Below, in pieces: positions 20,418 through 29,848 of a DNA stretch of 64,000 nt. The stretch's first letter is position 1; every line of letters begins with the position of its first letter. The notes beneath the pieces were generated by a model. The model was not told where the DNA came from. It made no database searches and saw nothing but the letters and a program-made list of their open reading frames with translations. A program made the position numbers and the translations under genes. The stretch is from Nitrosopumilus sp. Lineage in GTDB: Archaea > Thermoproteota > Nitrososphaeria > Nitrososphaerales > Nitrosopumilaceae. The stretch lies in the NCBI GenBank assembly GCA_965224195.1, contig OZ245040.1, forward strand, positions 928,001 through 992,000, written 5' to 3'.

Positions 20418-20591
20418 TTGTGACATCTTGTCTGGCAAGCCGTTATGGATGGCCTTATCTTTGCAGTTGGCTTGTTATCTGATCTGGCAGCAACATCCAA
20501 AGCAGCTTTTGCAACTGTTTTTGGATGGTCTGAAGAATGTTTTTTTATTTTATTTCTAGAAAATGAACTCAATCTTATCTAATCTAAATTA

Positions 20592-20690
20592 TTATGCTGA
20601 TGTTTGAGTAACACAATCATTGGAGCAAAACTCGTCTTTCATACTGTGAAATTCTCTTCCGCAATGTCTGCACTCCCTGATTGTTCTCAT
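20592..20690 (-). CDS. 32-aa zinc-finger microprotein (MRTIRECRHCGREFHSMKDEFCSNDCVTQTSA)
   Basis: CxxC-x11-CSxxC pattern; not in the ORF track. Confidence 0.6.
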   Translation of the reverse strand: MRTIRECRHCGREFHSMKDEFCSNDCVTQTSA

Positions 20691-20820
20691 ATGCTCTATA
20701 CGCAATTATGACATAAAAGATCTATCCTTTTTCTTAATATATAATATGACATTTTCTTGCGATCATAACTTTTTGTGATTTTCACGATTGTTTAAATCAG
20801 GTAAAAACATAGAATATGTT

Positions 20821-22149
20821 ATGGCAACTCAAATGACTTCCGCAAGACGTGGAGTGGCAACTGATGAAATGAAACAAGTTGCAAAAGATGAAGACGTTTC
20901 ACTTGAATGGCTAATCCCTAAAATTGCAAAAGGCTCGATAATTATTCCAAGCAATAATGTAAGACCGCAAAAAATTCACAATGTTGGAATTGGTAAGGGT
21001 CTGAAAACCAAAGTTAATGTCAACATTGGAACTTCTACATTAAATGTAAACATTGAGGAAGAAGTAGAAAAAGCTAAAGTTGCAATAAAATATCATGCAG
21101 ATACTATTATGGACCTCAGTGATGGTGGCGATGTTAAAAAAATACGTCAAATACTAATGGATGCTGCACCAATTACTTTTGGAACTGTTCCGATTTATGA
21201 GGCTTACAACTATGGAGTTGAAGTCCACAAGAATCCTTTGAATTTAATTGAAGATGATTATATCAAAGCATTTGAAAATAATGCAAAAGATGGAGTTGAC
21301 TATACAACAGTTCACTGTGGAATCACAAAAGATATCGCTAAAAGGATTCTCAAAGTTCAACGATATGGTGGTGTTGTGAGTAAAGGTGGTACAATCACTG
21401 CTGCATGGATGTTAAAACACGATAAAGAAAATCCATACATCACTCATTATGATTACATGATGGAAATTGCCAAAAAATATGATGTCACATTTAGCCTCGG
21501 AGATGCATTAAGACCAGGCTCAATTTTAGATTCCCATGATGAATTACAGGTTCAAGAGATGATCAACATATCTAGATTAACAAAACGTGCACATGAACAT
21601 GATATCCAAGTAATGGTTGAAGGTCCCGGCCACGTTCCATTAAACGAAGTTGCTGCAAATGTAAGATTGGCAAAATCCCTAATTGGCGATGTTCCATACT
21701 ATGTTCTAGGTCCATTGGTTACAGATGTTGCATCTGGACATGATCATATTGCTAGTGCAATTGGTGCTGCAATCTCTGCCAGTGAAGGTGTGGATCTTCT
21801 ATGTTATCTTACACCTTCTGAACATTTAGCATTACCAAACGCTGATGAAGTAAAGGCTGGATTAATTGCATATAGAATTGCAGCTCATGCAGGAGATCTT
21901 GTAAAAATTCGTGATAAAGTGATAAAATGGGATATGGAGATGACTGAAGCTCGACGTACATTGGATTGGGAGAAGCAACTAGCATTGTCTATTGATCCTG
22001 AAGAGGCTGCAAAAATTCATAGTAGAACAGGACAACATCCTGGCAATAATGTTCCTTGCACTATGTGTGGTGGTGCTTGTGTTTACATGATGTTGCCACA
22101 ACAGAAAAAATATGATAAAGAAAATGAAAATTTACAACAAGTTGAATAA
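20821..22149 (+). CDS. thiC: Phosphomethylpyrimidine synthase
   Basis: TKVNVNIGTS, MDLS, GTVPIY, SLGDALRPG, MVEGPGH, GHDHI, CTMCGGAC. Confidence 0.97.
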   Translation: MATQMTSARRGVATDEMKQVAKDEDVSLEWLIPKIAKGSIIIPSNNVRPQKIHNVGIGKGLKTKVNVNIGTSTLNVNIEEEVEKAKVAIKYHADTIMDLSDGGDVKKIRQILMDAAPITFGTVPIYEAYNYGVEVHKNPLNLIEDDYIKAFENNAKDGVDYTTVHCGITKDIAKRILKVQRYGGVVSKGGTITAAWMLKHDKENPYITHYDYMMEIAKKYDVTFSLGDALRPGSILDSHDELQVQEMINISRLTKRAHEHDIQVMVEGPGHVPLNEVAANVRLAKSLIGDVPYYVLGPLVTDVASGHDHIASAIGAAISASEGVDLLCYLTPSEHLALPNADEVKAGLIAYRIAAHAGDLVKIRDKVIKWDMEMTEARRTLDWEKQLALSIDPEEAAKIHSRTGQHPGNNVPCTMCGGACVYMMLPQQKKYDKENENLQQVE

Positions 22150-22536
22150 TACTTTTTGAAGACTAGGTACTGTTTCATATTTTTCTAATTCTTCGATGCT
22201 AATCCATTTAAAATCTGAATTCTCCCAGTTTAGTTTGATTGTGGGTTTACTTGATTCAAACAAAAATGGGAATATTTCCCATTCGTGATTTTTGTACTGT
22301 GGTGAATGAATTTTCATTTCTTCACTTGCTTTAATTAATGTGATTTTATCTTCTGTAATTCCAGATTCTTCAAAAATTTCAATTTTTGCCCTAGAAAGAG
22401 GCTCTTCATTATTTTCAATAATTCCACTAATTCCTGCCCATAATCCCTTCATAGATTTTACTTTATCACTCCGTTTGAGAATTAGTAATTTTTCATTATC
22501 TCTAATGAACGATGTAACGATCTTTGTATAACGCAT
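22132..22536 (-). CDS. NUDIX hydrolase
   Basis: LILKRS...W..ISG..E..E....AKIEIFEESG Nudix box. Confidence 0.85.
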   Translation of the reverse strand: MRYTKIVTSFIRDNEKLLILKRSDKVKSMKGLWAGISGIIENNEEPLSRAKIEIFEESGITEDKITLIKASEEMKIHSPQYKNHEWEIFPFLFESSKPTIKLNWENSDFKWISIEELEKYETVPSLQKVLFNLL

Positions 22537-22541
22537 GTCGG

Positions 22542-23393
22542 CTATTTTTCGACTGCTTTTGCCATTTTTGCCATTCTTTTGTGGGATTCAGTAACATCCG
22601 TATGTTTTGCAAGTCTCTCTTGGCATTCTTTGATGTAATTTACAACCTCTTCTGTTTTTGATTCTTGAACAGCTGTTAGCAGTCTGCCAATATCTTTCCA
22701 AAGCTCTTCTGCAACTCTTCGAATCTCTGGGTTTGCAATGATAGTCTCAATTAGTTCTGGAGATTCTGTCATGATACTTTCTGCCAATGTTTTTTGAACT
22801 CTGAAAGTTGTACCTGACATTTTTTCTGTGAGATTCATTTTTTCATCTTTTGAAATGATGTTTGCAAAAACTAAATTCATCAAGTGTGTTAATCCTAAAA
22901 TCACTGCTATCTTTTTGTCATGTTCTGCTGCATCTATTGTTACAAAGTTAGCTCCACTGAACAATGATTTTGTAACAGTCAGTTCTTTTTTGGCATCTTT
23001 GATTGGAACTGAAATAATATTTTGGCCTTTGATTGTTTTTGTTCCTGGACCAAACATTGGATGAATACAAATAGGATTAATTTTTGCTGGCATTTTTGAT
23101 AATGATGATACCACTTTGGATTTTTCTGATGATATTTCAATAAGATATGTATCTCGTTTCATCTCTTTGGCAATCAATCTGATAATTTCAGGTGTTCTTC
23201 TTGTAGGTGTACAAAGAACAACATAATCTGCTTTTAAAATCCCCCCTACTAGTGATTCTGATATTTTAATGTCTTTTCCAGATACTTTATTTTCAGAGTC
23301 GTATCCAGTTACTTCGAATCCTTCGCTTGCAAAATATTTTACAAACCATCGTCCCATTTGACCTCCTGCGCCAATTATTGTAATCTTTTTCAT
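22542..23393 (-). CDS. tyrA: Prephenate dehydrogenase
   Basis: IIGAGGQMG, IHPMFGPG, EHDKKIA..LGLTH. Confidence 0.9.
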   Translation of the reverse strand: MKKITIIGAGGQMGRWFVKYFASEGFEVTGYDSENKVSGKDIKISESLVGGILKADYVVLCTPTRRTPEIIRLIAKEMKRDTYLIEISSEKSKVVSSLSKMPAKINPICIHPMFGPGTKTIKGQNIISVPIKDAKKELTVTKSLFSGANFVTIDAAEHDKKIAVILGLTHLMNLVFANIISKDEKMNLTEKMSGTTFRVQKTLAESIMTESPELIETIIANPEIRRVAEELWKDIGRLLTAVQESKTEEVVNYIKECQERLAKHTDVTESHKRMAKMAKAVEK

Positions 23394-24760
23394 TGGTTAC
23401 TCCTCATGATGTTACTTAGTATTTTCATTCCTTCTACTAATGTCTCTTCGTCTTGACATGCAGATAATCTGATAAAGTTCTTGTAATCTCCAAACCCTTC
23501 TCCTGGTGCTACTGCCAAACCTTTCTCTAGTGCACTATTGGCAAATTCAACTCCATCGAAACCCTCTTGATTAATTCTTGCAAAAATGTACATTGCACCA
23601 TCAGGGGTGATGAAATCTAATCCCATCTTACTTGCTTTTTCTGCCAACACATCTAGTCGGGTTTGTACTGTATTAGTATTATTGGATGTGTCTGCTTCAA
23701 GGGCTTTCATGGCTACATATTGGATTGGTTCAGAGACATTTGTAAGACACAAGGCTTCCAGTTTTGCCATTTTTTCAATTATTTTTGAATCTGCAATACC
23801 GTATCCAATTCTAAACCCTGTCATTGCATGTGATTTTGAAAATGATTGGGTAACGATACTTTTATCATAATTATAACTTAGAATGCTTTTCCAATTACTC
23901 TTTGCATATTGCGAATAAATTTCATCACTTAGTACATAGAGATTATTTTTCTTTGCAATTTCAATAATGTCATCTTGTAATTTCTCATCTAGGATTTTTC
24001 CTGTAGGGTTATTTGGATAGTTTAGAACAATCATTTTTGTATTTGAATTAATTGTATTTTTGATCTGCTCTAAGGATGGTTCCCACTTGTCTTCAAAAGT
24101 TGTATTGATGGTTCTAACTTTAATCCCAGAATTTAATGCGCAATCTTTGTAGGCAGGCCATGCAGGCTCAATTACTATCATTTCATCTCCTGGATTCAGA
24201 AGAGTTGTAATTGCTGTGAAAATTGAAAATCTTGCACCTGGACTTACAATTATGTTGTCTTGTTGAATATTTACGTTGAACTTTTTTGATACGTATTTTG
24301 CAAGAGCCTCTATAAAGACTGGCATTCCTTTTGCTTGACCATATTTTAGAAATCCTTTATCAAATACTTCTTCTAATGCATCTTTGACAATTTTTGGTGG
24401 CAAAAAGTCTGGTTCCCCTACTTCCATGCGAATAATTTTTTTCCCTTGTGCTTCAAGTGATTTTGCCTTTAAGAAGATTGAAAGGTGTGTTTGTTTATTT
24501 GTAGTTTGAACTTTAACTGATTCATTTAAAAGAAAATTTAGAAACTTTGTGGCCATGGTTTCATCTAATTCTATGTTGTTACATAGTGAAATTACTTTTC
24601 CACGTAAACTGTCTTCTCTTATTTCATCTGTAACTCCTTTTCCAATATTTTTTTTAATTTCTCCAATCTCTTTTGCGATATTTGTTCTGGTCTTTAGTAG
24701 CTCTATCATTTTTAGAGTAACCTCATCCATTTTATTTCGTAGTTCGTTGATATCTGACAT
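23390..24760 (-). CDS. Chorismate mutase fused to a class I/II aminotransferase
   Basis: N-terminal AroQ-like INELRNKMDEV..R..IAKEIGEIK; GEPDF, NYPNNPTG, SDEIY, SFSKSHAMTGFRIGY. Confidence 0.88.
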   Translation of the reverse strand: MSDINELRNKMDEVTLKMIELLKTRTNIAKEIGEIKKNIGKGVTDEIREDSLRGKVISLCNNIELDETMATKFLNFLLNESVKVQTTNKQTHLSIFLKAKSLEAQGKKIIRMEVGEPDFLPPKIVKDALEEVFDKGFLKYGQAKGMPVFIEALAKYVSKKFNVNIQQDNIIVSPGARFSIFTAITTLLNPGDEMIVIEPAWPAYKDCALNSGIKVRTINTTFEDKWEPSLEQIKNTINSNTKMIVLNYPNNPTGKILDEKLQDDIIEIAKKNNLYVLSDEIYSQYAKSNWKSILSYNYDKSIVTQSFSKSHAMTGFRIGYGIADSKIIEKMAKLEALCLTNVSEPIQYVAMKALEADTSNNTNTVQTRLDVLAEKASKMGLDFITPDGAMYIFARINQEGFDGVEFANSALEKGLAVAPGEGFGDYKNFIRLSACQDEETLVEGMKILSNIMRSNQ

Positions 24761-24764
24761 TTTC

Positions 24765-25862
24765 TTATAGGACTGGTTTGATTGCTCCTGAAAGGAGTGC
24801 ATGGTCTGCAATTGTTAATGCAACAAGTGAATCAACTACTGGTGGGGCTCTAGGTACTACACATGGGTCATGTCTTCCTTTAACTTGAAGAATAGTTTCT
24901 TTTTTTGTTTTAATATCTATAGTTTTTTGTTTTTGAGCAATTGATGATGCTGGCTTGAAAGCAATTCTCATGGTGATTGGCATTCCATTTGAAATCCCTC
25001 CTAGAATTCCACCAGATCTGTTTGTTTCGGTAACGATTTTTCCTCTCTTTACTGTATACAAGTCATTATTTTCAGAACCATAAAGTTCTGAGCCTTGAAA
25101 TCCTGAACCAAATTCAATTCCTTTTACTGATGGAATGGAAAAAATTGCTTTGCTTAAATCTGATTCCAATGAACCAAAAATTGGCTCCCCTAATCCTACT
25201 GGAACATTTGTTGTAACTGATTCAATTATTCCTCCAAGTGAGTCTCCTTTCTTTCTTGCATCTAGAATGTTCTCTCTCATGATTTTTGCTGTTTTAGTTT
25301 CAGGACATCTTACTTCATTTTTATAAATTGAATTAATCATTTTATCATTAAATTCTCTTTCCATCTTTATTTTTCCAATCTGTGATGTGAATGAGTTTGT
25401 TTCAACCTCTAATGCTACTTTAAGTAATTTTCTTGCAATGGCTCCTCCCATAACATGAGTTGCTGTTAATCTTCCAGAAAACCTTCCTCCTCCTCGATGA
25501 TCATTATAGTGATTATATTTTACCATGGCTGGATAATCTGAATGACCTGGTCTTAGATTTGTTTTCAAATTTTCATAATCTTTTGATTTTTGATCACTAT
25601 TCCAAATTACCATTGTAATTGGTGCACCTGTTGTGTGACCTCTGAATACCCCTGAAATTATTTCAACAACATCTCCTTCTTTTCTCTGAGTTGAAATTAG
25701 ATTTTGACCTGGTCTTCTAAGATCTAACATTTTTTGAATATCTTTTTCATCAATCTCTAATCCTGCAGGACAACCATCTAAAACTGCCCCGATTGATTTT
25801 CCATGACTTTCACCAAAACTTGTTAAAACAAGACGCTGACCTATAGAACTTCCCGGCAACAT
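24765..25862 (-). CDS. aroC: Chorismate synthase
   Basis: SFGESHG, RPGHSD, GGGRFSGR, GGILGGISNG, GRHDPC. Confidence 0.97.
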   Translation of the reverse strand: MLPGSSIGQRLVLTSFGESHGKSIGAVLDGCPAGLEIDEKDIQKMLDLRRPGQNLISTQRKEGDVVEIISGVFRGHTTGAPITMVIWNSDQKSKDYENLKTNLRPGHSDYPAMVKYNHYNDHRGGGRFSGRLTATHVMGGAIARKLLKVALEVETNSFTSQIGKIKMEREFNDKMINSIYKNEVRCPETKTAKIMRENILDARKKGDSLGGIIESVTTNVPVGLGEPIFGSLESDLSKAIFSIPSVKGIEFGSGFQGSELYGSENNDLYTVKRGKIVTETNRSGGILGGISNGMPITMRIAFKPASSIAQKQKTIDIKTKKETILQVKGRHDPCVVPRAPPVVDSLVALTIADHALLSGAIKPVL

Positions 25863-26192
25863 ACTATCAAAGTTAATCGATGTTTATAATTCCTCATTCT
25901 GAAACTTGCAGAATTTTTTTCTTATAATTCACTATTTTTTAATAACGTTTCACACCTGTTTAAAAATTATATAATTATTGGATAAAACATGAAATAATTA
26001 TAATCTATTCTTAAATATCATGATAACATATATGATATATGCAAAATAGTGTAAATTATAACGAATAATTTGCGCGACTCTGCGAAAAATACATGTTATC
26101 TACGCAAAAGCGTTGTGGGTGAGGAGAATGCTTTTCACTCTATACAGGGTCGTGCCTTTTATCTCCCGGAATAATTTTTTTGAAAAATGATT

Positions 26193-27461
26193 TTAATAGA
26201 TTAAGATTTTTGCACCCATGCGATTCATCTCCTCTACAAAATTTGGATATGAAACTTTGACTGATTCAGGATCTGTAACGGTACAATTTCCAACATACAT
26301 TCCTGCAATACAAAACGACATGAATAGTCTGTGGTCTTCTTCTGATATCAAATCCGCACCAGAAATGTTTCCTGATGATTCTAAAATCATACCATCTTCT
26401 TTTTCTTGAATGTTAATCCCGAGTTTTACTAATTCTCTTGAAATAATTGCAATTCTGTCTGTCTCTTTTAATCTTGCATGTTTTACATTGAATATTTCAA
26501 TTGGGGCTGATGAACACAATGCCAAAATTGCAAGTGGTGGAAGTAGATCTGGTGAATTACTCAAATCAAATTTCCCACCAATTAATTTTTCAGGGGATTT
26601 AATTTTAATTTGTTCATCATTCATAATAATTTCAACCCCTAATTGTTCTAAAATATCAATAAATACTTCGTCTCCTTGAGGTAAATTTCCGATGTTTCCC
26701 TTTATTGTAACGTCTTCTCCGTTTAGAACAGTTGCAGAAAGAAGAAGAGCAAGACTAGAAAAATCTATTGGAATCATAAATGTAGTTTTTTTATATATTT
26801 GTGGAGATATATTGTATCTTTTGTATGGGATTAATGTTTGCACTGTTACTCCAAACTTTCGCATTGTAGCAATTGTGGCATCAAGATATGGTTTTGATAC
26901 TAGATTTCCTTCTATGATTAGATTGATTCCTTTCTCAGTTAGTGGTGCACAAATTAATAATGCAGAAATAAATTGGCTGGAAAAATTCCCTGGTATTTTT
27001 ACTTCTCCTCCTGCGATTTTCCCTTTAATTTTGATTGGCGGTTTCCCATCCGTTGAACTACATTGTGCGCCTATCCTTGACAATGCATCTAAGAGTGGCT
27101 GCATTGGTCTTTTCTGTAAACTTGAATCTCCAGTTAGAATAATTTCATCCGAATACAAACTAGCAATCCCTGATGCAATTCTAATTGTGGTACCTGAGTT
27201 TTCAGTGTTAATTTCAGGCACTTTTGTGCCTATTTTTATTGGATTTTTAACGATTATTGATGAATCTGCGGTTTCAATTTCTGCTCCAAATTTCTTACAA
27301 GCTTCAATTGTTGCTTTTGTATCTGCTGAAAGTAAGACATTCTCCACTTTACTATTATTCCCAGCAAGAGATGCAAGGAAAATTGCTCTATGTGAATAAC
27401 TCTTGTTTGGAGGACAAATTATTTGTCCTGAAATTTTTGATTTTTCAATTTTACACTTCAT
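26193..27461 (-). CDS. aroA: EPSP synthase
   Basis: KSYSHRA, NSGTTIR, SSQFISAL, RLKETDR, DHR, SYPNF. Confidence 0.96.
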   Translation of the reverse strand: MKCKIEKSKISGQIICPPNKSYSHRAIFLASLAGNNSKVENVLLSADTKATIEACKKFGAEIETADSSIIVKNPIKIGTKVPEINTENSGTTIRIASGIASLYSDEIILTGDSSLQKRPMQPLLDALSRIGAQCSSTDGKPPIKIKGKIAGGEVKIPGNFSSQFISALLICAPLTEKGINLIIEGNLVSKPYLDATIATMRKFGVTVQTLIPYKRYNISPQIYKKTTFMIPIDFSSLALLLSATVLNGEDVTIKGNIGNLPQGDEVFIDILEQLGVEIIMNDEQIKIKSPEKLIGGKFDLSNSPDLLPPLAILALCSSAPIEIFNVKHARLKETDRIAIISRELVKLGINIQEKEDGMILESSGNISGADLISEEDHRLFMSFCIAGMYVGNCTVTDPESVKVSYPNFVEEMNRMGAKILIY

Positions 27462-28308
27462 GAACTTCTGCCTTTTTGTTACTAATTTTTGAAATGATAA
27501 TGTTCCCTTCTAATGCCGAAAATACTTTTTTAATTGCAGATTCATTTTCTTTTTTTATAATTGCTGCAATTGATGGTCCATTGCCTGAAACTGATGCCCC
27601 CAGTGCTCCTTTTTCAATTAAATCTGAAATTATTTTAGGATCTGAATTTAATATTGCTGAAGTAGCTAATCCATTAATTATCATTGCATCCCAATAATTT
27701 GCTTTCTTAGATAATTCCCATGCGTTTTCGAAAGTAGATGATAAAATCTTGAGTTTTTTTAGATTACCTCTCTTTCTATTTTTTGGAATAAAAATTACTG
27801 CTATTAAATTGGATGGGGCTTTTTCAAATTGAATTCTTTTCTTTTTTGCATTATCTGTAACATTGAATCCACCATAGTAACAAGAACATGCATCATCATA
27901 TGCTCCCGTGATACTAACTTTGGATTCAATTGATGCCTCTACTCCTGCAAGTAATATTTGTTGATCGGTGAATTTTGGTTTGAATATTTTTGCACATGCT
28001 AGAGCAATAGCTGAAGAAATGGCACTAGAGCTTTTTAATCCATACCCTGTAGGGATTTCTGAATCTAATGTAATTGAAATTTTATTTTGTTCTAAATCTT
28101 TCTTTGAAATTATTTTTTCTATTGTTTTGTTAATTAACCGAGAACTTAGGCTCTTATTTTCAGACTGTATTGAAATTCCTTTTCCAGGACTAGTCTCCAC
28201 GGTTGCCTCTACTTTTAATTCAATTCCTAAGGTGGCTCCTTTTTGGTTTGCAATTGCATTTACTAATGAGACTGCCCCGTGGACTGTAGCCTTTGCTTTT
28301 GCCATCAA
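27451..28308 (-). CDS. aroK: Archaeal (GHMP-family) shikimate kinase
   Basis: IPTGYGLKSSSA, SITGAYDDA, SGNGPS. Confidence 0.93.
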   Translation of the reverse strand: MMAKAKATVHGAVSLVNAIANQKGATLGIELKVEATVETSPGKGISIQSENKSLSSRLINKTIEKIISKKDLEQNKISITLDSEIPTGYGLKSSSAISSAIALACAKIFKPKFTDQQILLAGVEASIESKVSITGAYDDACSCYYGGFNVTDNAKKKRIQFEKAPSNLIAVIFIPKNRKRGNLKKLKILSSTFENAWELSKKANYWDAMIINGLATSAILNSDPKIISDLIEKGALGASVSGNGPSIAAIIKKENESAIKKVFSALEGNIIISKISNKKAEVHEV

Positions 28309-29126
28309 AATCCTCCTAGCAATGCTTTTTTCATGGCATTATAAGGTGCTTCTATACCGTGCCAAATTTCAAAAGCCCTAACTGCTTGGCCTAGAAGCAT
28401 TTCATAACCATAAATTATGATTGCTTTCTCTTCTTTTGCTTTTTTAATAAAATCTGTATTCATTGGCATGTATACGATATCATATACAATTGTTTTTTCA
28501 TTAATTCCTTTTAATTCAATAACACTGGATTCATTTTTGAGACCAACTGATGTAGCATTAACGATGATGTCGTAATCTTTTACTGTATCTTTAATGTCTT
28601 CAATCTCTATTGCATTTGCATCTAGTCCAATTGTTTTTGCAAATTTTGAAAGATTAGTTGCTTTTTCTAATGTTTTATTTGCAATAATGATGCTTTTTGC
28701 TTTCTCTTTTGCAAATCCTGCAACTATTGCCCTTGCAGCCCCACCAGCTCCAATTAAAAGAACTTTGGTTCCGTTGATGTTTAATTCTTTTTTCTTAAAT
28801 GGTTCCAAAAATCCGTCCATGTCTGTGTTGTATCCTTTTAGAATTCCGTCTTTGCTTGATACTGTATTGACTGCACCAATCAAACTACACGATTCATCAA
28901 TTTTATCTAAATATTTCATCATCTCTATTTTGTGTGGAATTGTAATGTTAAAGCCGTCAATCTTTATTTTTTTCAATCCTTCAATGCCTCCCTCTAATTC
29001 TCCTTTTGGAATTCTATATGCAATGTATGATGAATCTAAATCTAATTCTCTAAATGCTGCACTGTGAATATTTGGTGATAATGAATGATCAATAGGATCC
29101 CCAATTACTGCAAATGATTTACCCAT
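28305..29126 (-). CDS. aroE: Shikimate dehydrogenase
   Basis: HSLSP, NITIPHK, GAVNT, NTDMDG, GAGGAARA. Confidence 0.96.
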   Translation of the reverse strand: MGKSFAVIGDPIDHSLSPNIHSAAFRELDLDSSYIAYRIPKGELEGGIEGLKKIKIDGFNITIPHKIEMMKYLDKIDESCSLIGAVNTVSSKDGILKGYNTDMDGFLEPFKKKELNINGTKVLLIGAGGAARAIVAGFAKEKAKSIIIANKTLEKATNLSKFAKTIGLDANAIEIEDIKDTVKDYDIIVNATSVGLKNESSVIELKGINEKTIVYDIVYMPMNTDFIKKAKEEKAIIIYGYEMLLGQAVRAFEIWHGIEAPYNAMKKALLGGF

Positions 29127-29176
29127 CTTATTTTCTTGAGTATTATGATTGATTTAAACTCTCAACTATTATGATA

Positions 29177-29848
29177 TCATTTTTTTAAATTAGTAATTTT
29201 TTTCACTTCGTTCACACTAAATTGTCCTGGGGCTATTGCTTTTCCGAGTGAGACATATGTATATGGACTGCCAAGATATAGGCACAAAATCCTTGAAATC
29301 CTGCCATGATCTCCCATGGCAAAAGAAATTAGATTATTTTTCCCTTTTTTACTATACAATTCCAACATTCTAGTTGAATCATCTGCTGATTTTGCAGTGC
29401 TCACTATTTTTACATTTGATGAAAATTTACTCATTTGAGCAACCTTCTTTTTTAATTCTGCAGAACTTGGGGTCTTTTTAAAATCGTGCCAAGAAACAAG
29501 TAATTTTGTTTTTGTTGATTTCAAATATTTTGCTAACGCTGAATTTTTCCTTAAGGTGTTAAACTCTACATCCAACAGAAATGGGTTATATTCTGCAATT
29601 AATTTTAGAATTGCAATTCTTTCTTTTTCATTTCCTGAAAATTTTCCACCTTCATTTGTAGGTCTTAACGTACATACTATTTTGTTAAGATCCTTCTTTA
29701 TCATTTCTAATGTTTCTGGAATTTGTCCAACTTTAAGAAAATCAAATCTCACTTCTACAAAATCTGATTTTGCAAGAGCAATTTTTAATATTTTTTTAGT
29801 TTTTGCTGGTGTTATTTCTGCAATAGAAACACATGTTTTGTATTTCAT
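29177..29848 (-). CDS. aroD: Type I 3-dehydroquinate dehydratase
   Basis: EVRFD, TLR..EGG, SWHDF, AMG..G.ISR, APGQ. Confidence 0.94.
   Translation of the reverse strand: MKYKTCVSIAEITPAKTKKILKIALAKSDFVEVRFDFLKVGQIPETLEMIKKDLNKIVCTLRPTNEGGKFSGNEKERIAILKLIAEYNPFLLDVEFNTLRKNSALAKYLKSTKTKLLVSWHDFKKTPSSAELKKKVAQMSKFSSNVKIVSTAKSADDSTRMLELYSKKGKNNLISFAMGDHGRISRILCLYLGSPYTYVSLGKAIAPGQFSVNEVKKITNLKK

Noticed and set aside
20237-20572. 111-aa minus-strand ORF overlapping cas2
   Set aside because: Largely antisense to cas2 with no recognisable motif; at most a remnant of donor DNA
20700-20820. TPP riboswitch upstream of thiC
   Set aside because: No CTGAGA core or GC stems; the region is short and AT-rich
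26692-27399. Long antisense ORFs (235 aa opposite aroA; similar ones opposite aroE and the antiporter)
   Set aside because: Shadow frames of well-supported genes on the other strand
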